Assembly: GCA_011109175.1 (NCBI GenBank)
Contig: RDEW01000005.1
Location: 2,025,747-2,089,746 of the forward strand
Reading direction: 5' to 3'
Source of the DNA: Dicyema japonicum
Lineage: Eukaryota > Animalia > Dicyemida
DNA: 64,000 nt
Positions 40,414-52,289 of the stretch are shown in pieces. A program made the translations under genes and the position numbers. The notes under the pieces were generated by a model. It worked only from the letters and a program-made list of their open reading frames with translations, made no database searches and was not told the origin of the DNA. The first letter of the stretch is position 1, and every line of letters begins with the position of its first letter.

Positions 40414-42189
40414 TAGATTATTTATTATTAAATTACATTCTTTTATTTATTTAGAATTATTTGTGGGGGTTAACCATATTACGAATTAGATGACTTGAGA
40501 TAAACAGACCAGGTACTGATTAGGCTCTCATTGCTTCGATTTCCTTTCTTTTTCTTCTATTAATCGTAGGATCGGCCTGATTTAGAGGCACCCAATTCAT
40601 GGCTGGCATCCAAAAGGTTTCCATAATGGCGGATAATTGGAAAGGACGTGATACTAGAGCATAATACATTTCGATCGATTAAAAAGAAACTGAACTTTAA
40701 TTTGGGAGAAACTTAAGAACTGCCTAAAAATTGAAAGAACTCTATAAATGATAAGTATAAAGCTAAGAAACTGAGAGAACCTTATTCAAGGCACCCAATC
40801 CAGCTGACTGAATTTTTGTAGCGTAAACAAATAAGAAGCTAAAAAGTCTAAATTGAAAGAAGACAAGAATGGACTAAGAAATTGAAAGAAATCTACAACT
40901 GTAGTCAAAATGAGGGAGGTAAAATAAGTGACAAAAATTTTGGAAAATCAAATAATTAAAAAATTAAGGATTAAAGGATTATTCAGAAAAGATATTGAGA
41001 ATTATAGTTAAAATTGAGATATTGCTATTTCCCATATAAAGCTGTACGCTTAGTCAAATTTCTTGACTTGCCTGAGATACACCGAGAAAGAAGTCACAGT
41101 TGGATGCATCCGATTCCCACAGCACCTTCCAATATCACACATCCAGTTGTGGGAACTTTTCAAGTAAGGGAGAGCGAATAATCTTTTCCGTGTCATCTTG
41201 ACTCTGGGCGTCATTTGAGGCAAGTGGATCACAAGACGCCAATCTAGTAGAAAGAAGGAAGAATTTATCATTTAGACCATGCGAGAACGAGAAGTACATT
41301 CGTAATGAAACGATGAGGAACTACAGTACAATTCAACCTTCTGATTAAGGCCCGTGATTTGCATTATTAGAAAAACTGCGGAAAAAATTCGAGAATATCT
41401 CATCATCTTTGATTAGATTACTGTACACCCATAAATTATTGATAAACTCCAACAGATTTTCTGCATTGTCGATTTGAATCGAAAGAAAACTTCGATAATC
41501 CAAAGTTCAATTTGAACGTCATTATTGGAATTTAAATTTACTGTCAAATTTTATGGATATTTTCATTGATCAGAAAACAAAGGGAGATAGAAGATATAGT
41601 AAAACTTCTCGATTCCACCTTGAATGCCTCAAAATGCAAAAATCCCTAAGAAAATGTCAAATCTTATAAATGCCACGAAATAAAATGTCATCGTTCAACA
41701 TAATTACTTATTCCGGTCCATTCAGACTTCTCAAATCCACCTTGAATGCCTCAAAATGCAAAAATCCCTAAGAAAATGTCAAATCTTATAAATGCCACGA
41801 AATAAAATGTCATCGTTCAACATAATTACTTATTCCGGTCCATTCAAGTGAAGGAAATCGGTGACTGACAGGAAAATGACAACCAAAAGCGGACTTTTCC
41901 GGAGATCAACCAGATGTATTTTGTATAGAGGGGCCACATCTGATCAACTAAATCTGGGAAATTAGTTTATTACTCGCCACGTAGTCACTACCAAGAAACT
42001 ATTTGGTAGTTAGCAAGGGAGAGAGGTTGGGGTTGTTGGCTACAAATAAATTCGCTAAGATCCACGTCATTAGTCTTAAGCCAAAAATGGATTAACTTTC
42101 AATTTATTTACTTAAAAAACAAGTAAAGTCTTTTAGTTAAAGGCCAGGATTGCTGAGGCGTTTCCTCTAATCACCACCATTTCGATTCT

Positions 42190-42470
42190 CTGCTTCAATC
42201 AGAATCCTTTACGAATATCGCATCACTTCGAAGCAAGCATTCGTCCGATACCGGAGAGAAACGTGTCAGTTTTCTCTCATGACCCCTGAAGTCTCCGTTG
42301 CAATAGGAACGAAATGGTAGATATCCTTGAGTCATTCATGCTTTCGGATTTTCCCGACCACCTCCTTATCTGCCGCGTCTCCAAATGAGAGTGACGCCGT
42401 CAGCGATCTGACCCCAGGAAAGGTGTCCACACATGTAGCGTCCCAAACAAGTGATTTACCATGGAAGTAT
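42190..42470 (-). mobile_element. CRE-clade RLE 3' fragment
   Basis: GKSLVWDATCVDTFPG...AADKEV..KIRKH, followed by an RGNASAI-like end. Confidence 0.75.
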
Positions 42471-42564
42471 GAAAATAATGGATTAACTATAAGAAAACTA
42501 AAAAATTTGGAATTCACAAAACAAATAAACCACCAAAAATCATTAAATGTTAAATCACCAAGAT

Positions 42565-45500
42565 TTAAGTCCACCATATTAAAATGGGGTCCAGCATGGA
42601 TAATGAAACATCCACACTCAATAACTTCAAATTACGCAGTGAATTACCCGAAGCTTGGAAGTATACGAATATGGCGTCTTCGAGTTATTAACAATAATCT
42701 GAGATTTTGGGTGGGAGACACCATTTACCTCAATTCGTGATAGAGTCATCGGAGAATCATAAAAAACCTCAGCCTTACTGCGTATTACATACAAAAATTA
42801 AAAATATCACTTACATGACCATTTTGGCAAAAAAGAGTGAAATTTAACAAAATATATTTCTTCTTATTATACGAATCTGCAATTTACACTTGAAACTACC
42901 AAAGGTATCACCATCATCCCAATAAAGTTGACCAAAAGCGAGGACCCCATCACAGTTCGTGATATTAGTGTAGAATAACAAGACAAATGGATTTTTCCGG
43001 CTACAATAAGTCCATTTCAAGCCTCTCAGCTGTCCGAAGAGCCGGCTTCTGTGTGGGAATGACTTTCCCGCCTAAAATGTGGATATTGATTTTATCGATG
43101 GGTGTGTAAAATTTCTGATAACCTCCATTTGAATATAACGGTGGGTTTACACGCCAATAATCATACCAGATTCCTCGTGGGAAATATCCAGTCACGTGGT
43201 CGTCCTCCTGAAGGATTTTAACATAAATTGAACGAAGCCAGGAGTAATTAGAATCACAGATCCCCAAGTGAACTGATCGTCAATTAAATGAGCATTCTCG
43301 TCTTGATTCCATCTATAATAGTGATAACCGACTCACCGCATAAAAAGAGGCTGAATAACAGGCTCTCCGTAAACGTTGGAACGGAAAAAAAGCGTGTAAA
43401 GAAACGGAAGCAATTTGTACCTCTCCAGAATGATCCTCTTCACGTCAAAAATCATCTTTTCTCCAAAAGAAAAGGGGGTCGTGTCCTGAAGAGATAACAA
43501 ATCAAATGACCTGATGATCTGCATGATTCCGCATAAAAGGATAAAAGGCACCAACGATGTACCAACGAGTACAGAGGACCTCATTCGACCTTCCACCAAA
43601 TCCACAAATATCAGTCCCAGTTAGCGAAATACCGAACAAATTAGTTCGAATCAAGGCTTAAATCATTAAGTGATAATACAAGAGATTGAATTTCTCAAAT
43701 CAAAGAAGGTTGATACTGTGTCCCCACTCCACGTGCCAGAAAATGATCCCTGGCTTGGGAAACTAGAGCGGGATATAATAAAGGGTCTTTTGTTCGGTCT
43801 AACAGCAAGCAAAGCGCTGAAGTTGAATCCAAATTGCCAACTTGAAAGTGTCCCTCGCTTCTAAGGCAGAGTAGACGTTGTGGATGTCATAATGGATTCC
43901 GTGATGGTGGATTGAGTCCATGCACAATGTATTAGTGAATAAAAACTGATGGTATAACTCTATATGTAGATAACACTTAATACTTGTTGGAATGTACGGG
44001 GGATGGTTATACTTTCCGGCTCCACAGGAATTTGAGAAGGAAGAAGGGTCGTTCATGTCCTAAAATAAATGAAGACTAGACAATCCAGATTCCGTCGAAT
44101 TCTATAAGACCGTGGAACAGTCGCATCTGCTCAGTCCAGTACTGCAAGGAATTTTTGCTGCCAAAGTCAATATAATAACAGTCTCCAGGCCATACCTGTA
44201 AAAAACATCCCAAAATGAACCTCAGCTTTAAAATACGACTTGTTTGTGAAGTCCCTGACGAAGGTCTGCCGTTTCAGACCGTCGGAGTAAGGTAAATAGT
44301 TTGGATTTGCTATTGAAATATGGGGTTCAGAGATAGTGACGTAAATAAGTCCTTCTTTGTGAAGGTGACCCAAAAAGTCTCTCAGTTTCTCAAAACCATT
44401 CCACGAAAACGTGAATTGTCTACGACCATCCATAGAATCGATGTCAATCCACTGCCCGTCCTAGAACTTAAAGAATCTTTAAACCTGCGGAATTCCATAT
44501 TTTTTCATTTTTCCAACAACTTCTTTGACCTCTTCTATGTTTTCATATCCAAACTTGCAAATATGGAACCCGAGACCCCAGTAAGGGGGCATAACACTTT
44601 TCCCAATCAAATCCGCATATTGCGTGCTCACATCGAGCGGCGTTGGCCCCATAAACAAATAAATGTCGAAAATCCCTCCAATACTTCTCCAAGTGATGAC
44701 CTGGGAAAGTTGACTGACGAATTCTAAGAGATTTTATAGTAAAACGTCACCCTGGGGGTTGCTATTGAATAACAGGATTCCGTAATCCGAATTTTGGTCA
44801 GAAACCATGAAGAACGGGTGCGTCCCATATCCGTTTGTGTCGGTCTGCTATCGTTAATTTAGTCAACCTTCGGGGGATGATCGACATTGAACAGTGGATA
44901 TGAATTCCATTCAAAGGGGACATTGGATGGTCCCCACCTTTCCCCAATACCGTAGACATATGATCCGTTTATGGTGGTGGAGATCGATAAAAACTGGTCT
45001 GCGAATATAAGAGGACCCACACGTGTGTCAAATCTAAAAAAATTATGTGTATTATTACACTGTGGACTCTGGGAACTTCCTTTTGATGACTAATGCAAAA
45101 GGAGACAGTTGGAGATTCACCTTATAATTCAGGCTTTTAGGCAAATTCAACTGAATTTCGTTTTTTAGAGTTAAAGGAACTTCATATCTGTCGTTTTGTG
45201 AGTCTGAGATCTTAATTTACTAAAAAACGGGACTTTTATTCGTAGCTGATTATGATTATAATAAAAAAGTTGCACGATCGGTTTTTGTATCAAATTAGAG
45301 AAAAGACTGTTTTCTACTTGAAGAAAGACATCAAATCCAAAATCTGTTTCACGGACACCATCGACTTTGTAAATGCTGTAATTTTTGGGAAAATAGCATG
45401 TTGGTGCCGATTTGTTGGCAGTATTTGGATCCCAGCAACAACGTCTTTGTAAGCAGCGTTTATATGAGACATCTGGTTCGGGGTAGCAGTCAATTCTGGA

Positions 45501-45641
45501 GTTTTCTTCTATTGAAGTACATCCTGGTTTGATGAATTCACATTTTCGTTCGGAGGAATAAAAAAGCCAGGTCGTTGAATATATAAAAACAACGAAGATA
45601 AACAATAATAATAGAAAATGTCTCCTAACAAAAATTTTCAT
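42565..45641 (-). CDS. GH31 alpha-glucosidase (GAA/MGAM-like) with N-terminal membrane anchor and trefoil domain, multi-exon
   Basis: Trefoil RIDCYPE...CLQRRCCW; GTHPFF, MPPYWGLGFH, QWIDIDSM, catalytic WI|DMND, GTWSGD, GTDICGF, GAFYPFMRNH and GQLYWDDGD. Traced without internal stops. Confidence 0.92.
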
Positions 45642-45749
45642 ATAATTATATTCGAAAAAGTATTTTTACAATTTAATATAAAATTTATTTTTTTTTAAAA
45701 TTTGCAATTAAAAATTATTATTAAATAATGAAGGTGATTCCTGAAAGAC

Positions 45750-46020
45750 TGTCTGAATGGTTTTTTACGGCCAACGTGGACAAAATGAAGGTGACAGAAC
45801 AAGGACTTACGAAATCTGGAGCTAGACTAAGAAGCTGTCACTATCTTAGGAGACAAAAAAGACATTGCGAGGAGAAGACGATTGCAAAACTCGAAGAAAA
45901 CCTGTCTTGTATAAAAAGGGCTGGATACAAAAACGAGACTACACTTGTACAAGGCCTTGGTCAAGCCTGCGTTGCCTTACAACGCTAGCACCTGGTCCTA
46001 CTCAGAGACCGAGTCAACAA
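45750..46020 (+). mobile_element. RTE-clade post-RT fragment
   Basis: RLHLYKALVKPALPYNASTW, homologous to 52378-52941. Confidence 0.65.
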
Positions 46021-46739
46021 GTTTGATTTTTTCCAACAAGTTGATTCAACGAGTTTGAGTTGGGCGATTTTTTGACTTTATAAATACAAAATTTTGACCT
46101 TCTTTGAGTTTATGACAAATTTATCTAGAAAATTTTTTTATAAATATGAAAAAAGCTTATCAAAAACTTAAAATATAGAATAATGTAATTAAAAACGTTT
46201 TCAGGTTTAAATTTAAAATTTTTTTATAAATATGAAAAAAGCTTATCAAAAACTTAAAATATAGAATAATGTAATTAAAAACGTTTTCAGGTTAAAAATT
46301 TTGGTCTTTAGATAAAAATTGTAGCAATAATAAAAATCTTTCCTGAATGATGTGAAAGGAAATATGTTGTTTTTCCTTAAACTTTTTTTTCACTTCTATA
46401 ATAAATGCAAGTAAAAAAATATATTTATGAGTTTTAAACAATTTTAAAAAACATGTGAATTTCTGACTATTTACAAAAATCGCCCTAATCATCACTTTTT
46501 CAAGTCAAATCAATAAACGCGTCTCAATCTATATTACTGAAGTATTATTGACTCTCTCCTGGCAACATTTTTATTTAAAAAATTAATTGATTCCGTTGGT
46601 TGAGCTGGTGACGTGGCTCTATTGCACACATGTCTTTTTTGTGCTTTTCTTCGGGATCTTTCACTATTAGCTCGTTCAATGTAAGAGGATTAAAGTCGGA
46701 TACTAAAAGAAGAAATTTATGCGTGGATCTTGGATCGTA

Positions 46740-48430
46740 AAAGGTAACCGTGGCGTGCTTACAGGAAACGAAAGTAAAAGGCGGACTAGATGAAATCAAC
46801 AATGATTTCCGCCTGATTCTGCACCCTTCGAATTGCCCACACTACGGCATGGGATTTGCAATACAAAAAAAACTGAACAATCGAATCCACAAGAAGTGGA
46901 GGGTGAGCGATAGAATATGTGTTTTACAATTAAAATGCGGTGAAATGAACAATTCCATAATCTCCATTATTAATGTATATGCACCAACTTCGGTGAGAGT
47001 ATCAATCAATGGAGACGAACTAGACGACTTCTATTCCTCCCTGTCGCAACTATATGCATCTTTGGAAACATCGTTCATGACATACATCGCAGGAGATTGG
47101 AACGCAAAAACATGACGTGGGAGTAGTCACGAAGAATTCATGGGAAGCCATGGAAGGGGGATCAGGAACCATTCAGGAAAATCGCTTATCGAATTTTGTA
47201 ATACATTCAAACTATTTCTATGCAACACTGCTTTCAGGCACTCAGCAAGACATAAGACGACATGGAGCTGCTACCGAAAGGACAAATCTGGGACTATCAA
47301 GACTATATATAACCAAATAGATTACATTATCTGCAAAGAAGCCTACAAGGCATTGCTAACAGATTCTCGGAGCTACAGTGGGACACTAGTAGATAGTGAT
47401 CACAGATTGGTTGTGGCACGTTTCCTTTTCAAACGATATTTTGAGTTTTCCAAAGCGGCTGGCATGAGGATATCTGAGAGAAGGTTCGCAGTAGAGCAAC
47501 TCTGCATAATGGGACCGACACGGGAAAGCTATCAAAATACATTGAGAGAAAAGATCAGACAGTGGAATAAAGAAAAAATGCCTGGGGAGCTGTGGCAAGA
47601 CACCATCGATGCAATAAAGTGCGCGGCCCATTCAACAGTCGTAGTAAAACCGAATTCAACGGGCACTATGACCACGAGCTTGAAGAACTATCCAAATTGC
47701 AGAGGAACCTACGTTTACAGGTCGAAACCTGCCAGGACCAGGCAAAAGAACACACTCTAAGAGTCATGCAGAACCAAACCCTGTATAAAATAAAGAAAAG
47801 AACGAGGGAAATAAAGGAAAATAAACTTGTTGGAATGGTTAAAGAAGTAGAAAGACTCAAAAACGGAGCGCAGATGTTCAAGGCTGTTCACCTACTACAA
47901 GAGATACGCAGTCATCAAAAATCATAATACATGACCAGTTTGGAAAGACTAAAAATGAAAATGAAATTCTATCGGCAATATCCAGGCATTATCAGCAGGC
48001 CTTCAATCAAAACCACGGGGAAAAAATCAAACAATTCGATGGTGAAGCACGAGAACTAAATATTCCGATAACGATTCTGGAAACAAAAAAAGCCCTGGAC
48101 AAACTGAACAACAATAGAGCTGCTGGCCCTGACAACATAAATGCAGAACTTCTCAAATATGCACCGACCGAGATCTCTGAGCTATTAACTGAGATATACA
48201 ACAAAACATTCAAATACAACTCACCACTGGATGTGGGTAATGGCACACTAATTGCACTACAAAAACCGGGCAAAGCTAAGAGCCCCTTAACGAATTTAAG
48301 ACCCATCGTACTATTGACGACTCTACGCAAGACACTATCACTTATAGTGTTGAATAGGATTGGACCTGACATCGAGAACTTTCTCTCTCACGGTCAAAGC
48401 GGATTCAGGTCAGGGAGATCTACAGCTGAT
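46740..48430 (+). mobile_element. RTE-clade LINE: APE endonuclease plus the N-terminal part of RT, truncated at its 3' side
   Basis: CLQETK, INVYAPT, IAGDWNAK, CNTAFRH..RHKTTW, NQIDYII and SDHRLV, then AAGPDNINAELLK, LRPIVLL and QSGFRSGRSTAD. Frameshifted. Confidence 0.92.
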
Positions 48431-49669
48431 GTGCTCTGGAGACGTTCTCTGACGGGTTCAGTCCGACGATGTCTTTCAGCACCTGTGGCACAATACACAT
48501 TCAAAACACAGCCTTACAAGTTCCATAGACTGGAAACATCCCCCTCAGATGAATGCACTATAACGAGGGATGATGCCTTGAGGATGTTCGAACAAATGGT
48601 AGTTATACGACGAATCGAGTCGGAATCCGCTAGTCTGTACAAGGAAAAACTAATTAAAGGATTTCTACACTTATATTCCGGACAAGTCTAACTATTTTGA
48701 TATTTTAGGAAGCATGTGCAGTTGGCATAGAAAACATCCTTCGACCCGACGACAAAATTACTACAGCATACAGAGTTCACGGATTTGCCTATCTGAGAGG
48801 ACTTATCCCACATTCTATATTTGCCGAGCTCATGGGACGGAAAACTGGGTGCTCTCTTGGAAAAGGGGGGTCAATGCACATGTACACAAAAAATCTTTTA
48901 GGAGGGAACGGAACAGTCGGAGCCCAAGTTTATTGATTTATTAAAGAAAGGTTCCAATCGGAGCTGGTTTGGCTTTCGCTATTAAGTACAATAAGGAAGA
49001 CTTGGTGTGCGTGAATCTATACGGAGACGGAGCAGCAAATCAAGGACAGGTTTTTGAGACCTACAATATGGCCATGCTCTGGAAGCTTCCGTGTATTTTC
49101 GTCTGCGAGAATAACAGATACGGAATGGGGACTTCAGTTGGAAGGGCTTCATACTGTACCGATTATTACACCCGAGGTGACTATGTTCCTGGAATTTGGG
49201 TGTGAACTCTGAAGTTTATTTTAGATTGATGGGATGGACTTGGCCTCAGTTATTGAAGGGATGAGATTTGCTGTTGACCACTGTAGAAGCGGAAAAGGAC
49301 CCATTGTCGTAGAAATGGACACATATCGATATTTTGGCCACAGTATGAGCGATCCTGGAACAAGGTTTAGGATAATGATTATGTTAGTTATCGATCCCGA
49401 GATGAGGTTCAGTCAGTGAGGAAAAATTCTGACCCAATTTTACAATTTCGTGAGAAGCTTGTGAGTTCTTCTATGTCCACTAATGATGAATTGAATGAAT
49501 TGGAATTTTTAACTTCCACTAGGCAATTGAGAAAAGAGTTAAGCGATCTATTGCTGAGGACGTCAAGAAAGCATTGGATGACCCCTTTCCTGACCCAAGT
49601 GAGCTGTATGATCACGTCTATGATTCCCCCGTCCCTAATTCAGGTGAACGCGGTTGTATCCTCAAGTGA
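48431..49669 (+). CDS. PDHA1: Pyruvate dehydrogenase E1 alpha, copy 1. No in-frame ATG; the frame is continuous with the upstream RTE RT.
   Basis: Transit-peptide-like [15 protein letters not shown]; GFLHLYSGQ|[39 protein letters not shown] and [13 protein letters not shown]. Introns are 22-26 nt. Confidence 0.85.
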
Positions 49670-49779
49670 ATTTTGATTACCACTCATTTCGGCTAATTAT
49701 TAATTTTTGCTAATATAGTTAATTTTCGAGTATTCTAAACATTTTTGATCAATTTGATAAGTTGGAGGCTATTTGAACG

Positions 49780-49885
49780 AATCTTGCTCGTTATTCTGAG
49801 AGGGAATAGCCACGCAGTCAGGACGATCACTGCATAACCCTCGGTTGATTGTTTTTAATGAGTTTTTCGAATTAAATAAAATTAT
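49780..49885 (+). mobile_element. CRE-clade extreme 3' fragment
   Basis: WRLFERILLVILRGNSHAV, homologous to the 3' ends of the copies at 10140 and 52000. Confidence 0.6.
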
Positions 49886-50278
49886 TTTAAAGACCAAGGG
49901 TATTTGGAATGCCGGCTATGCTTGGGCGTCTCCGTACTAAGATGTATCCAATGAGGCCATCAGAGGGAAGGAAGTTAAATTTTTAACCAGTTAGCCACAT
50001 AGCACCACGTGGCGCCACCCGGGTTTATATAATCCAATTTATTTTCTGTTTATTGAATTATCTATTTGTGGTTAATTTGACACTGTCTGATATCAGGTGG
50101 AGTCTAGTGGCCTGATGTCATAAGATGAGACCAATAATATTTTTTAGGCTTTCAAAATTTCTTTGTGTACAATATTTTCCAGACTATTTACTTCTTGGAG
50201 GTTCCCACGACTTTTTCCTGTAAGACGTTAACCAGACTATCTACTTCTCGGAGGTTCTTACAACTTTTAACTTTAAGA

Positions 50279-50486
50279 AAGTGGTTCCCAACCTTTTTGT
50301 TGCCGCGGATCGGTCGTTAGACAGTTTACCGCTGCCCGGGGTAGACTTTTTACTTGCAATTTACATGTACCATTTTATCAACAACTGTCCGGACCAATTG
50401 ATCTACGAACCAACACCGGTTGCGGATCACTGTTTTAGGACATTTTCTAGAGTCTACATGGGCAGTAAAAAAGTTGAGAAACACTA
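50279..50486. mobile_element. hAT/Charlie-type MITE (about 208 bp)
   Basis: Imperfect terminal inverted repeats AGTGGTTCCCAACCTTTTT and AAAAAAGTTGAGAAACACT, of the CAGTGGTTCYCAA type. No clear TSD. Confidence 0.7.
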
Positions 50487-51700
50487 GGGTTCAGTTTTTT
50501 TCCGATTTACAGTTAAGAACCATTCGGGTAACTTGGTAGATATTTCATTCAATAAAACAGTGAGTGTTTCTTTGTCGTTTGAAATGAAGTTCACGTCATC
50601 TGCATATGCTATTGTTCTTGTTTCCCGCTTAAAGGAACGGTTCCAAATCCCGAAAGGCTGCCAAGGTAGATGACAAACAAAATAGGGGATCTTCTTGGGG
50701 GTGCTTATTGTTATCTCGAATAGTCTTGAGCAGGTTCCCCAGATCCTCACATTCAGGTACGTGTCCTTTGGGAGTGTCTTAATAAGCCTGACTGTGGAAT
50801 TATCAAGGACTTGTAATAATTTCCGTTAATTTACCGAGTCGAAAACCATTGACATGTTAATCCTACTTTGAACCTTTGGACCATTGCGCATCTCCACTGT
50901 GGCTCCAGAGGTCGATCTGCCCTTACGGAAGCCACTATGGTAAGAGACAGATATAAGTCTAACCGACTCTCCATTCTCTTGTAGGATTAATAATAATAAA
51001 GCCTTTTCACGAGAGCCATAGTATTTTATAGCTCCGTATAGGCAGACACACACTTTATTTAAGTAAAGAACAGTTAATTTTAACTAATCGTAGAACCAAG
51101 GAAATGATCTTCACTTCTTTTTTTTCTTTTTCTGTGTGAGTGTCCTTTCTAGACAATCCAGTTCCGCAGTGAGTAATTCACTGATGAGGCGTCCTCGTCA
51201 AACCATTTCTGCATCGTAGATGCGTGGAACCTTCCACAGGTGAACAGCAGCGAGATTCGAACCCGTAGCCTAAGCCACTTAAGCCGACACCTACCACTAC
51301 GCCACCCGGCTAGGATTATATTTGCCAATATTTTTCTGTAGGATTATATTTGCCAATATTTTCTAAACGTGTTCCATTGGTCTGTAAGCTTTCTGAATTG
51401 GTATCAGAGTCCCCTCTCCCAATGGTAGGGTGGTGTAGGTTCTGTACATTCCGTTTAAGACACGGACGATGCTTTCATGCAGTTTTTGGGTTGGATATTT
51501 GAAGAATTCGCCATTGAGACCGTCCGGGTTAGGGCTCTTGACATTTTTTCAAATTTGAGCTTGCTACCTATACTTCTTGTGGGGTTATTTTCTCTTGAAG
51601 TTTGCCCCCTTCTGGAGCAGTCATTATACCGTGATCGTTCCATTTGAATAAATTTTCGAACTGGTCAGCGATAAGCTCCGCCGCTTCAAATTGATCCACG
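50487..51700 (-). mobile_element. RTE-clade RT remnant, interrupted by a SINE
   Basis: PDGLNGEFFKYP, GFRKGRST, IAYADDVNFIS and EWFLTVN..KTE. Confidence 0.8.
50990..51310 (-). mobile_element. Full-length tRNA-derived SINE (321 bp) with 8-bp TSD TAGGATTA
   Basis: 5' end GCCGGGTGGCGTAGTGG (A-box) ... GGGTTCGAATCTC (B-box), central core, (TTA)n tail. TSD at 50982-50989 and 51311-51318. Empty site at 63845-63852. Confidence 0.93.
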
Positions 51701-51924
51701 ACTTTTCTCTCTTAATCGTCCCGCAAAGTTACTGGCTGATTCAGTACTTTGCCTCTAATTTGTCTAACGACCTCATTAACCTCGTTAAGGCTTTCAATTA
51801 CTTTAATGTGGTCGATTATCTTATTGCTTGTTCTCAGACGTATGGCTATTCTGATTTTTGTTTTAAAATTTGCTCTTTCTTTCCGTAAGTTGTCTTGTAA
51901 ACAATAAACGAAACAATAACCCTT

Positions 51925-52115
51925 GCACCTGCGAAGCTGGAATTCTAGAGTCGTCTAACAATCGGACTTATACACGATCAGGAGATCACCGCGAGCGCTG
52001 CTAGTTATTCGAGAGAATCTCGCTCGCCATCCTGAGAGGGAATAACCACGTAGTCAGGGCGGCCGCTATATGACCATTTGCTCACTTTTTCCGTAATAAA
52101 TTGTTTGAATTTCAA
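51925..52115 (+). mobile_element. CRE-clade extreme 3' fragment
   Basis: cttgcacctgcgaagctggaattctagagtcgtcta...ggagatcaccgcgagcgc...gagagaatctcgctcgccatcctgagagggaat is homologous to 10065-10180. Confidence 0.75.
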
Positions 52116-52289
52116 ATAATAACACCAGAGACCACGATTACACAAACTAACTAATCACGTGATCCCAGCACGCTCTAGAGGGGCCTCATTTTGGCCCGAT
52201 GCTCCTCCCTCGACCCCACACGAGTGATTGGGTCTTCGCAGTCACGACGGCGCGTTCCATGGTTCATTCGTATCAAGGCTTCAAGAGGC

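Noticed and set aside
46575-48372. Many short ORFs in the supplied track that lie antisense to or inside LINEs and real genes
   Set aside because: They are shadow frames of identified coding sequence and have no independent support.
51181-51205. Hammerhead ribozyme core suggested by CTGATGA in SINE copies (also 9761 and 26185)
   Set aside because: There is no conserved GAAA or cleavage triplet with stems I and III. The motif is one arm of a simple hairpin and lies antisense to the SINE transcript.
51240-51310. Functional tRNA gene
   Set aside because: A and B boxes are present but there is no complete cloverleaf or acceptor stem. It is the head of a TSD-flanked SINE.
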